64,000 bases of DNA, from the NCBI RefSeq assembly GCF_004010195.1, contig NC_057711.1:78505613-78569612 (forward strand), given 5' to 3'. This DNA comes from Chiloscyllium plagiosum. Lineage: Eukaryota. Under the pieces are notes generated by a model. It was not told where the DNA came from, made no database searches, and saw only the letters and a program-made list of their open reading frames with translations. Both the position numbers and the translations under genes were made by a program. This document shows positions 12,033 through 23,272 of this stretch, one piece after another (the stretch's first letter is position 1; each line of letters opens with the position of its first letter).

Positions 12033-13191
12033 GATATATTTACTAGGTAGTCAAAGGAAATACTGATCACTTAATCTGGTATCAAATCTGCACACGTATC
12101 ATTATAAAAAGATATGTTTACTATGGATAATATAAAATGGCTGACAAAATGATGAGAAATTAGTAACTACCAATTCATGAGTGTCACTCAATCCTGTCAG
12201 GACCTTAAAGTAGCTTGGGGACTTAATGCTATTATTCTAAGACCATCCCTGGAAGAGGACTACATTATATGTGCTATGGAAAGATGCTATAATCGTGTAG
12301 GAGAATCAGGGTTGGATGTTCAGGTAGGGAAGATAAAGGATGGCTAGCGGACAGGCATAGGGAAATAGCATATGCTGATTCAATTGAGTGTAAATGACAG
12401 AAATGGGTTAGAGGCCAGGCATGAGAGAAGGCAGATCAAAGTTTGAGGCCACAAGACAAGGGAGAGAATATAGAAGGATTAAGAAAATGAAGAGAGGTGG
12501 AAATAGGATGGTGGGAATTGTGATGATGTTAGGAAACTGGGGCTTGGAACTGGGGAAGAAATTTGGGTGGAAAGAGGGAAGAGGAAGGTAAGTGTGCTAA
12601 AGAAGTTTCCATGGGGTACAAAATGGAAATAGAGAGTTAACAGGGCAGTCTTATAATGGAGGAGAGGTTAATCCCTTACCACCCATGCAGCACTAACTTA
12701 AAGATCTCTCTACAACACTTAAATTGTGAATACAATTGGGACTTTGAGGTTGGAGTTCCATTGGCCCTCCTTGATGTTTTTGTTCAATGAGTTGTTATGA
12801 TATCTGTATTTTTAATGCAACTGAGGTTGACATAAGGGGGGACCGACTAGTTGTGAATAAGACACTAATTGGGAATGACCACAGTTGAAGAGGGCTATGA
12901 ACTGAATAGCTGAAAGGCTGGAACAAACATGGCTGATAACTGAGCAAGGCTTTATAAGGGTTATTGGTGAAGGTGAATTGTAAGTTAATTGACAGGTTCC
13001 TCCAGAACTAGGCTAGAAGGAGAACTGGCAGAGGCTTTTAATGGAAAAAAGAGGCACAACTGAAAGTGTTACATGCATTAAAAATTCAGTTGGAATGACG
13101 ATGCAACTTCATTCAGTTAATCTGGAACATTCCTTTCTGTATATATTAACCAGTATCAAGAAGAATCACTGAAGTTCATTTTTTATGTCTG

Positions 13192-13350
13192 CTGCAGTCC
13201 AGTTGGTTACATTCTTGTCTCTGAATCACAAGGTTTTGGGTTCAAGGCCCACTTCAGGATTTGAGGAGGAAAATCAAAGCTAACACTTCAGTGCTGCACA
13301 TTTGGATATACCATCTTTCAACTGAGATATTAATGCCCCATCTACCTTCT
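13192..13350 (+). mobile_element. Old tRNA-derived SINE (Deu-domain-like), decayed
   Basis: tRNA-like head with GGTTCAAGGCCC followed by GCTAACACTTCAGTGCTGCAC...CATCTTTC..GAGATATTAA. A minus-strand head remnant of similar type lies at about 6355-6420. Confidence 0.45.
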
Positions 13351-13884
13351 TTAGTTTATTTTGTTTAGAGGTGGCGTGCATCAATTGGTTTTGTACAGTT
13401 GTGCCTGAGGGCTGTGTTTGTTCTTTCTGTTAATTTGACAGCAGGCGCACAGATGAACTGAATCTTGCAGAGAGAGTTGGGACATGCAAAAGTGTATCAG
13501 TGGTTGTGAGGGTTTGGTGAGATCAGAGGATGGGAAGAGGTATGAAGTGGTGTCAGGAGCATGAAGGATTGGAAGATGGATCCAAGGGAGAGGACAGTGG
13601 ATGAGGCTGGGGACATGGAGGAAAGAAATTGGGAAGACCTAGCATCCTGTGTGCTGGTGAGGATTAAGATAAGAAAATTAGCAGCTTAAAAAGTGGTTTC
13701 AAGTGGAGAGATCCAAGATGGCAGCGATCTGAGTGGTCTGCTATGCTGGGCTCTGTGCCATACCCCCGGGCAAGGTGGATGTTTACCTGCACTTACCAAT
13801 CATCCCCAGGAGAAAAAAGTAGTAATTTAAACTTGCTGATCATTTGGAGCTGCTGATATCGTGTGGGACAGCTTTAAGGCCAGG

Positions 13885-14725
13885 ATGAAATCAAATAAAG
13901 GAAAGGGGCCTAAAGGAGTACAACAGACAGGGCACTCCCCTACCGCATTGGGGGTGCCTGCAGCCAGTGTTTAAACTCCCGGGGTGGCCCCTTTAGATCC
14001 AACAGGACAGCAGCATTTACTCTTGGGGTCTGCCAAACTCCGAGAGTGGATTCAAGCAGCAATTGAGCCACTACCTGCCATGCTAATGAACAGAAAATCC
14101 AGCTGCTGGACTGAAGAATGGAGGCAGTGGATGAGAGGAGCACAGCATCGGAGATGTGGGGGAGGTCTTGGGAGGAAGAATCTGAACGCTGGAAGACCAG
14201 GTTTGGATCCTTCAGGATCAAGTCGATGACCTGGAAAATAAAAAGAAAAAGAAAAGCTTATGGATCGCTGGTCTCCTGGAACGTGAGGAAGGCGAGGACC
14301 TCGTCGGCTTTTTGAAAGGGTGGCTCCTGAAGTTCCTGGGGTTGGAGTTGGAGTTGGGCTTGGTAAGTGTGGAGCGGGCCCACTGGATAGCAATGCGTAG
14401 GTCAGGGCTGGACCCGCATCCCCGTGTGGTCCTAGTGCAACTCCTGTATTATAAAGAAAAACAGTTAATAGTTGAAACAGCAAGAAGACTGGGAAGGAAT
14501 TCACAAGTTTAATGTATAAAGGCTCAAAGATAATGTTTTTTTTCAGGACTTTTCAGGAGCCCTAATTAAGAAGAGAAGGACATTTGATCAAGTCAATAAG
14601 AATTAAGGGACCTGAATACTCAATACTCCTTGAGGTGCCCAGCTGTGTCGCAGTTCGCCCATGGGGGTCGTTATATAACTTTGACTCCACAGAAACACAA
14701 AGGGCTTTTGACGTCTTTGAATTGA
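13885..14725 (+). pseudogene. L1 copy A ORF1, decayed
   Basis: Starts MKSNKGKGPKGVQQTG (compare MTKGKGARSSQQAG). Remnants DDLEN.., ERAH, YKGSKIMFFQDFS across frameshifts. Confidence 0.75.
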
Positions 14726-16851
14726 AGGACCTGAGTTAGGGGTGGGGGAAGCATCATTGCGGACAATAGTGTGGGTTTTTTTTTATTGCCCCTTTTTTCA
14801 CTTCTCTCTCTCTCTTTATTTTTTGTGGGTTTTGGTTTTATATAGCTTTGTTGTAAAATTGGAATTATTTTATATATCAGTTAATTGGGTATTATCTAGG
14901 GCTCCTTTTTACTGCTATCCTTTTGATTTTGCATTGGCGGTGGCTATATCTGTAGTTAAGATGAGTGGAGGGCAGATTGTTAGCTTTCAGAATGTAAATA
15001 ACAGGTTTTCCTCATTTGTGAATTGCCTGGGGCTAGGGCACGGCCTCAGTTGGAGAGAGTTAAGATGGTTGTAAGGATTGGGAGGGGTGCCCCCTATGGG
15101 CAAGGGGGAAGATCTCGAGCGAATTGGGAATTATTTGGGTGTTTGCTTCAGTTAAATGTAGTTTTTTTTTTAAGTTGTAGTTGTTTTATAGGAATAGCTT
15201 TTAGATCTCATAGAGTTAATATCTTTATAGCTCATCACGCCTCAGATAAGCTCCCTCCTCCTGGGCTGCCCTGGATGACCAAGGCTAGTGATTTGTTCAG
15301 GTGGTGCACCTGGAATATAAAAGGGAGCTATTCTCCTATGTAAAGAAAGAAAGAAGGTCTTATCAAGCCTCAGGAAGGAAAGGGTGGACATTACACTGCT
15401 ACAGGAGACACATCTAATTGATAAGGAACATCTGGAACAGCAGCGGGGGTTATGAGAGAGTATTCTTCTCATCCTTCAGTCTAAGTGTAAAGGAGTGGCT
15501 ATACTGGTAAGAGGGAACGTCCCTTTCCAGGTAGTGGAGCAGATTAAGGATGAACATGGACAGTTTATCATTCTTAAACTCCTAATACATGGAGACAAGT
15601 ATGGTGTCTTGAATGTATATTGTCCCCCGGCGCAACCTCTTAAATTTATGATTGATGCAGTGGTTATTTAATGAATCTTGCCGTATGATTATAGGAGGGG
15701 ATTTTAATCGCCTAATAGATCCAGAGATTGACAGGGTGCCAAAAGACCTGGCAGGTTCGCCCGCGCAGTCTAAGCAGTTGGTGGACATGTGCGATGAGTT
15801 GGGACTAGTGGATGTGTGGAGGTATCTCCACCCTAATGGAAGAGACTTCACGTTCTATTCCAACTCACACAAGTGCCATACACGAATTGACATTCTTTTT
15901 ATGCCAGCTAACAGTTTGGACACAACACTAGTGTACAACATTGGGTATGTAGCTGATTGGATCATGCACCTGTGTATTTAGATATTAAAATCAAGGGTAG
16001 TGGAATGATGCATGTCACTGTTGCATGGGTCCAGTTTTGTTAGGGTATAGCAAATTTGTTGAGTAATCAGAAGAGAGTTCAGGGCCTTCTGGGGTATCAA
16101 CTCAGGTATGGCTAGTAATCTGGCAATGGTTTGGGAGGCCACTAAGGCATGTTTACGAGGTCTGATCATTTCATATTCGACGACTAGAAGGAGGCAGAGG
16201 GAGGAGCAGCAATGGATGCTGGAGGCCCAGCTGAAGGTAGCTGAGAAAACATATTATAATAGGCCGTTATTGGTTAAGCTGCAGTGGGTCACAGCTCTCT
16301 GGGCTGCTCTTGACTCATTGTGCACACAAGTGGCTAATAAAGAGGTCTCCTTTGCCAAACAAAGACTGTTTGAATTTGGAGATAAGCCAGGTATATATGT
16401 GGCTTATTTGACAAGGAAGAAAAAAGCTTCCCAATCCATTACATCTGTTAGGGAGAAGACTGGTACGATTACCCATGAATTGAAGAAGACCAATGTTAAG
16501 TTTATTGAATACTTTCCAGAGCTACATCAGTCGGAGGAGGGTGAACACGGTACAATAGGAATGCAGTCCCTTTTTGAAAATCTAGACTTCCTCGATATAA
16601 ATATGGAACAGGCTTCCCTTTTGAATGCACGTATAACGGTACAGAAAGTGAAGGAAGCAATATGGCATCTCCGGAGCGGCAATGCACCGGGGCCAGATGG
16701 ATTCCCAACTGAATTCTATAAGGAATTCATAAACATGTTGGTGGAGCCACTTCTGGGGATGTATAACAATTCATATGCATTGGATTGTCTGCTGCCTTCT
16801 CTTAGGGAGGCTAATATTGCCTTCATTTTAAAGAAAGGGAAAAACCCTGAA

Positions 16852-17055
16852 GAATGAGCTGCCAGAGGATGTGGTGGAGGCTGGTACAATTGCAACATTT
16901 AAGAGGCATTTGGATGGGTTTATGAATAGGAAGGGTTTGGAGGGATATGGGCTGGGTGCTGGCAGGTGGGACTAGATTGGGTTGGGATATCTGTTCGGTA
17001 TGGACGGGTTGGACCGAAGGGTCTGTTTCCATGCTGTACATCTCTATGACTCTAT
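16852..17055 (+). mobile_element. 5'-truncated CR1 3' end inserted in L1 A ORF2
   Basis: Splits KNPEE/CASYRPISL. Ends in CTCTATGACTCTAT, with AATG repeated on both sides. Confidence 0.85.
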
Positions 17056-17692
17056 AATGTGCTTCATATCGACCAATTTCACTGTTGAATGTAGATTTTA
17101 AAATTTTATCCAAGATGCTGGCTCTGAGGTTGGAGAAGGTCCTGCCCCGTACTATAAAAGAAGATCAGTCGGGTTTTGTTAAGGGCCGTAGCTCCTCCAA
17201 CAATATCAGGAGAGTACTGAACACAGTGCAGGTATGCCAGCAAAGATTGATTTCAGGTTTGGTGGTCTCCCTAGACACAGAAAAGGCATTTGATCTGATA
17301 GAATGGCTGTATCAATTTGAGGTCCTAGAGCGCTTTGGTTTGGGGAGATCCTTTGCCAAATGGGTAGCAGTATTGTATAATGATCCTAAGGCGGCAGTTG
17401 TTACAATTGGTACTAAGTCTGATAACATTAACATTGGAAGACCGCTGTTATTTACCTTGGTGATTGAGCCGTTAGCCAAAGCTATCAGGAGGGATCCTGA
17501 AATAGTAGCGCCAAATGTGGGAATAGGGGAGCATAAAATCACTCTATATGCTGACGACATCCTCTTGTTTTTGGCCAATTTGGAGAAGTCTGTTCCTCGA
17601 CTGATTCATGCAATTAATTCATATGGTGGTTTTTTGAATTGAAGGAACAATTTTACAAAATCAGAAGCTATGCCGGTAGGGGGATTAGTGCA

Positions 17693-19290
17693 GGTAAAAA
17701 CAATGACTGCAGATGCTGGAAACCAGATTTTGGATCAGAGGTGCTGGAAGAGCACAGCAATTCAGGCAGCATCCGACGAGCAGCAAAATCGACGTTTCGG
17801 GCAAAAACCCTTCATCAGAAATACAGGCAGAGAGCCTGAAGGGTGGAGAGATAAATGAGAGGAGGGTGGGGGTGGGGAGAAAGTAGCATAGAGTACAATA
17901 GGTGAGTGGGGGAGGANNNNNNNNNNNNNNNNNNNNNNNNNNNNNNNNNNNNNNNNNNNNNNNNNNNNNNNNNNNNNNNNNNNNNNNNNNNNNNNNNNNN
18001 NNNNNNNNNNNNNNNNNNNNNNNNNNNNNNNNNNNNNNNNNNNNNNNNNNNNNNNNNNNNNNNNNNNNNNNNNNNNNNNNNNNNNNNNNNNNNNNNNNNN
18101 NNNNNNNNNNNNNNNNNNNNNNNNNNNNNNNNNNNNNNNNNNNNNNNNNNNNNNNNNNNNNNNNNNNNNNNNNNNNNNNNNNNNNNNNNNNNNNNNNNNN
18201 NNNNNNNNNNNNNNNNNNNNNNNNNNNNNNNNNNNNNNNNNNNNNNNNNNNNNNNNNNNNNNNNNNNNNNNNNNNNNNNNNNNNNNNNNNNNNNNNNNNN
18301 NNNNNNNNNNNNNNNNNNNNNNNNNNNNNNNNNNNNNNNNNNNNNNNNNNNNNNNNNNNNNNNNNNNNNNNNNNNNNNNNNNNNNNNNNNNNNNNNNNNN
18401 NNNNNNNNNNNNNNNNNNNNNNNNNNNNNNNNNNNNNNNNNNNNNNNNNNNNNNNNNNNNNNNNNNNNNNNNNNNNNNNNNNNNNNNNNNNNNNNNNNNN
18501 NNNNNNNNNNNNNNNNNNNNNNNNNNNNNNNNNNNNNNNNNNNNNNNNNNNNNNNNNNNNNNNNNNNNNNNNNNNNNNNNNNNNNNNNNNNNNNNNNNNN
18601 NNNNNNNNNNNNNNNNNNNNNNNNNNNNNNNNNNNNNNNNNNNNNNNNNNNNNNNNNNNNNNNNNNNNNNNNNNNNNNNNNNNNNNNNNNNNNNNNNNNN
18701 NNNNNNNNNNNNNNNNNNNNNNNNNNNNNNNNNNNNNNNNNNNNNNNNNNNNNNNNNNNNNNNNNNNNNNNNNNNNNNNNNNNNNNNNNNNNNNNNNNNN
18801 NNNNNNNNNNNNNNNNNNNNNNNNNNNNNNNNNNNNNNNNNNNNNNNNNNNNNNNNNNNNNNNNNNNNNNNNNNNNNNNNNNNNNNNNNNNNNNNNNNNN
18901 NNNNNGAGGTGGCGCGAATGCAGTCATCAATGTAGCGGAGGAAGTGGTGGGGAGTGGTGCCGGTGTAATTATGGAAGATCAACTGTTCTACGTAGCCAAC
19001 AAAGAGACAGGCCTAGCTGGGGCCCATACGTGTGCCCATGGCTACCCGTTTGGTCTGGAGGAAGTGGGAGGATTCAAAGGAGAAATTGTTAAGGGTGAGG
19101 ACCAGTTCGGCCAAACGAATGAGAGTGTCGGTGGAAGGGTACTGTTGGGGACGTCTGGAGTGGAAAAAATGGAGGGCTTGAGGCCCTGGTCATGGCGGAT
19201 GGAAGTGTAGAGGGATTGGATATCCATGGTGAAGATGAGGCGTTGGGGACCGGGGAAACGGAAGTCTTGGAGGACGTGGAGGGCGTGGAG
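17693..19290 (-). mobile_element. Penelope-like element (RT fragment + 3' pseudo-LTR with hammerhead), spanning the gap
   Basis: LIFTMDIQSLYTSIRHDQGL and FLRYIDDC RT motifs. Hammerhead core at 17791-17818 on the minus strand. Confidence 0.8.
17917..18905. other. Assembly gap (989 N)
   Basis: Run of N characters. Confidence 1.
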
Positions 19291-19515
19291 GTGGCTAACC
19301 TGAAGGATGGAATGCAATTCCCATTTAGATGGTTGTCAAAAGGTTGTTTGTAGTTGAGAATTTTTATTACTCCTTCCTTCCACCAGCTGCGTAAAGCTAA
19401 CTATATACAACAACTAGACAGGTGGGAGGGGGTTACCGTTAACATGGTTGGGCCGAATAGCCATGATTAAGATGAGTGCTCTTTCTCACCTGCTGTACCC
19501 CATGAGAGTGCTCCC

Positions 19516-19882
19516 ATCCATATCCATGAACACCAACTAGCCACAAAACGACACGACCAGCTATCCTTAGTAGCCACACACGCGGACAACACTACTATTA
19601 TAGGACAAGCCAAACATAGAACAGCCAGGGAATTCCTAGAGGCATGGCGCTCATCCACAGATTGTATCAACAAACACATTGACCTGGACCCAACATACCG
19701 GCCACTGCAGCGGACAGCTGGAACTGACAACCGGAAGCGGCAGAGACAAACTACTAAAAATACCAGAGGAAACATCACAGAAGCGCTTCACAGGAGGCTC
19801 CCAAGCACTGAGGATGTCACCTAGACCGGGGACAAAACGTCTGCAACACAAATTCCCAGCTCGGCGAACAGAACCACAACAA
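19516..19882 (+). mobile_element. Penelope-like element 3' fragment (GIY-YIG C-terminus + pseudo-LTR), family 2
   Basis: IHEHQLATKRHDQLSLVATH..IGQAKHRTAREFLEAWRS. TGCTCCC duplicated at 19509-19515 and 19883-19889. Hammerhead-like CTGAGGA..AAAACGTC at 19808-19841. Confidence 0.8.
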
Positions 19883-22228
19883 TGCTCCCGTTGTTGTTAC
19901 CTAGACAAGTGTTACAGAAGCTCAATGGTTGGCTCGGATGCTTTATTTGGTGCCACAGGCATCCTCTAATTAAATTCATTAAATTGCAGCTTTCACGGGC
20001 TAAGGGAGGGTGGATCTTCCGGAGTGGAAGAAATATCAAATAAGCGCCCTGTTAACATATGCTGGTGACTGGGTACGGGGAAATTCGGGGTCGATTTGGC
20101 TTGATATTGAAGCCTCACAGTCGAGATGTCCTTTAATTAATTTATTATTCATGGACAAGATGAAATCTGTGACCAAGCAGTGTAAAAGTGAAAATTATTT
20201 TAAATACAGAGAGAGCCAAGAGGATAATGAGGCAAGATGAGGGCAATTGGTCTAAGACTTTGCTATTTACCCCATTGGTGGGAGCCCAAGAATTTAAACC
20301 TGTGGCAATGGACTCCAGCTTTAAGGCATGGGAGAATAAGGGAATCTTCTGCCTGGGAGATTTATTCGAGGGGGAGATCCTGGTGTCATTTACTCAGTTA
20401 AGCCAGAAATATGGATTGTCTAATCAGGACCTTTTCCGATACTTCAGATAAGGGACTATATACAGAGGAAGACCACCCTCCTGGTCCAGTGTTACAAGTT
20501 AGATGTGGAGAAAAGAGTACTCTGGTGTACATATGCTCTTTCACTCAGCATTTTATATCATTTACAGAAAGGTCATACTCTGGAGGACATGGAAGGACTT
20601 TGTAGGACGTGGAATTAAGAGATAGGAGAGGATATTCCATCTGAGGTATGGGAAGACATCTGGGGAAATGTAAGGAATATCTCAGTATGTAATAGAGCGC
20701 AGGCCATGCAATTGAAGATCTTACACAGGGCTCATGTGGTGCCACAGAGGTTAGCTAAGTTCAAGAGAGGAGTGTCATCAGGATGTCCCAAATGTAACAT
20801 TAATATAGGCACTGTCACACACTGCTACTGGTCTGGTTGTAAGATCCAGAGATACTGGAGTTCTATAGTAAGGGAGCTAAAGGACATCCTGGGGATTGAA
20901 ATTAACGTGGATAATTCTTCTTTTGGGGTTGCCAAATTTGCCCTCTCTGGGGGATCACAGGAAGAGATTGTGTAACATTCTCTTACCCATTGTGTGAAGA
21001 AGAACATTCTAATGAATTGGATGTCAGAAAAGCCATCAGGTCTTATGGGGTGGCGTAGGCTGGTGATGGAGCACTTCCCCCAGGTCTACCTCACAAATAT
21101 GGTGCACCATAAAACAGAACAGTTTTACAAGATGTAGCAGCCCTTTTTTAAATTATATTGACGCTGATTTATCAGCAATATTAATTAGGGCTGTGGTATA
21201 GCTGTGGGAAAGAGTATGGGTGCCTGGGAGGAGGAGACTGGGGGAAAAAGAATATGGGTACTGCTGATGGTGATGTAGATGGTGCTTCCAGGGATGGGTG
21301 CCTCAGTGGAGGTGTGATGAGTGAGATAGAATAAAGTAGTGAGATATTATTTAATGTAAGTTTTTGAATTTAGTTTAAGTTAGTATTTATTGAATATGTT
21401 TGTAGTTTAGTTTAAGTTAAGTAGATATGTTTGTGGGGAGAAGATCGCACTGCAGAGCTTCGCATTGGCACTTTATGTAGAGTCATAGTCATAGAGATGT
21501 ACAGCATGGAAACAGACCTTTCAGTACAACCCGTCCATGCCGAACAGATATCCCAACCCAAACTAGTCCGACTTGCCAGCATCTGGCCCATATCCCTTCA
21601 AACCCTTCCCATTCATATACCCATCCAAATGCCTCTTAAATGTTGCAATTGTACCAGCCTCCACCACATCCTCTGGCAGCTCATTCCATACACGTACCAC
21701 CCTCTGCATGAAAAAGTTACCTTTTAGGTCTCTTTTATATCTTTCCCATCTCACCCTAAACCTATGCCCTCTAGTTCTGGACTCCCCGACCCCAGGGAAA
21801 AGACTTTGTCTATTTATCCTATCCATGCCCCTCATAATTTTGTAAACCTCTATAAGGTCACCCCTCAGCACCTCGCATTTATCTGACTTAAACTCCATCT
21901 GCCACTTTTCAGCCCATTGGCCCATCTGGTCCAGATCCTGTTGTAATCTGAGGTAACCCTCTTCGCTGTCCACAACTTGTCCCTCTAACAACTTGTCCAC
22001 CGCCGAGGTCAGGCTCACCAGTCTATAGTTCCCTGACTTGTCTTTACTGCCCTTCTTAAACAGTGGCACCACGTTTGCCAACCTCCAGTCTTTCAGCACC
22101 TCACCTGTGACTATCGATGATACAAATACCTCAGCAAGAGGCCCAGCAATCACTTTTCTAGCTTCCCACAGAATTCTCGGGTACACCTGATCAGGTCCTG
22201 AGGATTTATCCACCTTTAACCATTTCAA

Positions 22229-22735
22229 GATTAGAATGGTGCTGGAAAAACACAGCAGTGTCTATCCGAGGAGCAGTAAAATCGACGTTTCGGGCAAAAG
22301 CCCTTCATCAGGAATAACTTTCGTCACGGCGTGTATTAAATTCATTAATGCATGGGCGGAGGGGGATGAAGGTGAGTCCTTTGCTGAGGACTGATCATTC
22401 ATCCTCAGTGAGGGGGAGGTCGGGGGAATGGTGAAAACTCGGCAGGGCTGGGAGCTGGGATCTGGTGTGGGTGGGGAGCTGGGAGTGGGGGCAGAGCCGG
22501 TAACGTGTGACATCAGCGATGATGTGAGTGGCAGAAGTGATGTCATGTGTGGTGCATGAGGAATTGTGAGGGGCGGAAATGGCTGTGGAAGCGGTCATGA
22601 TGGGGGCGGAAGTGACATAATCAGTCAGCGTGGGGATGGTAGCTGTATGAGCCGCATGGCTAGTGGCGTCCAAGCAGTTCCAGAGGCTGGGGGAATTTAC
22701 TGGAATTTTCGAGGAGTGCTGGTTATGGAGCTGGG
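22229..22735 (-). mobile_element. Penelope pseudo-LTR with hammerhead (22284-22311) plus probable Penelope N-terminal coding fragment
   Basis: Same pseudo-LTR family as 4034-4259. The adjacent sequence encodes PCRVFTIPP / DLPLTEDE on the minus strand. Confidence 0.65.
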
Positions 22736-22938
22736 TAGCCTCCCATCTTTGGAAATCTTGTTTAATTTTCTCAAATAATTGAGTAAAATTGGCTTTGAAC
22801 AGCCAATACAGGACTGGAATAATTAATATGCCGAAATACACAAAACCCCCCTGTGACCACCTAAATGGGAATCTATAGTCACTCTCAAGAGCCAACTCTT
22901 TCGTCTGACCACCCATAGGCATAGCCTCTGATTTAGCA
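22736..22938 (-). mobile_element. Inverted fragment of L1 ORF2 (copy B family)
   Basis: Reverse complement of about 25450-25652 with several substitutions (MPMGGQTKELALESDYRFPFRWSQGG vs MPMGGLMKELALESGYRFPFRWSQGG). Confidence 0.88.
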
Positions 22939-23272
22939 AGACATCCCGCACTTCCTCCTCTGTAATCTGGACATTTTGCAAGATGTCACCATCTATTTCC
23001 CTACAGTCTGTATCTTCCATATCCTTTTCCACAGTAAATACTGATGCAAAATATTCATTTAGTATCTCCCCCATTTTCTGTGGCTCCACACAATATTGGT
23101 TTGTTTTCTGGTTTTTGTTGTTTTTTTATTTTTAATAATTTTGTATGTTTGTTAAATGTAGTGGTTTTAGTTTACGTGGTTTTTATATTTGGTGGACCAT
23201 ACGACACTAAGGCTCAGCAATTTATGGTTCGGGTTCCTCCTCTCTGGAATTTAAATGTAATTGCAGAAGATT

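Larger units (their letters stand above)
15275..21201 (+). pseudogene. L1 copy A ORF2 (endonuclease-RT-Cys), decayed and interrupted
   Basis: WNIKG, LQETH, IGGDFN, TRID, APGPDGF, QSGF, SLDTEKAFD, LYADDIL and CPKC..HCYW motifs in fragmentary ORFs. Confidence 0.9.
21479..23091 (-). mobile_element. CR1 LINE inserted in the L1 B spacer; internally deleted and itself interrupted at 22229-22938
   Basis: ITEEEVRDVL (ends about 22939) joins KWLKVDKSSGPDQ (from 22228). Also WRLANVVPLFKKG and RGDLIEVYKIM. GACTCTA-type tail at 21479. Confidence 0.9.

Noticed and set aside
12290..12660. Purine/G-rich tract (similar at 9490-9700 and 13460-13680)
   Set aside because: Low-complexity, strand-biased sequence with no definable unit, ORF or boundaries.
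17762..19210. Four long ORFs (371-434 aa) in the ORF track
   Set aside because: They read through the 989-N assembly gap. Only the flanking Penelope RT motifs are real.
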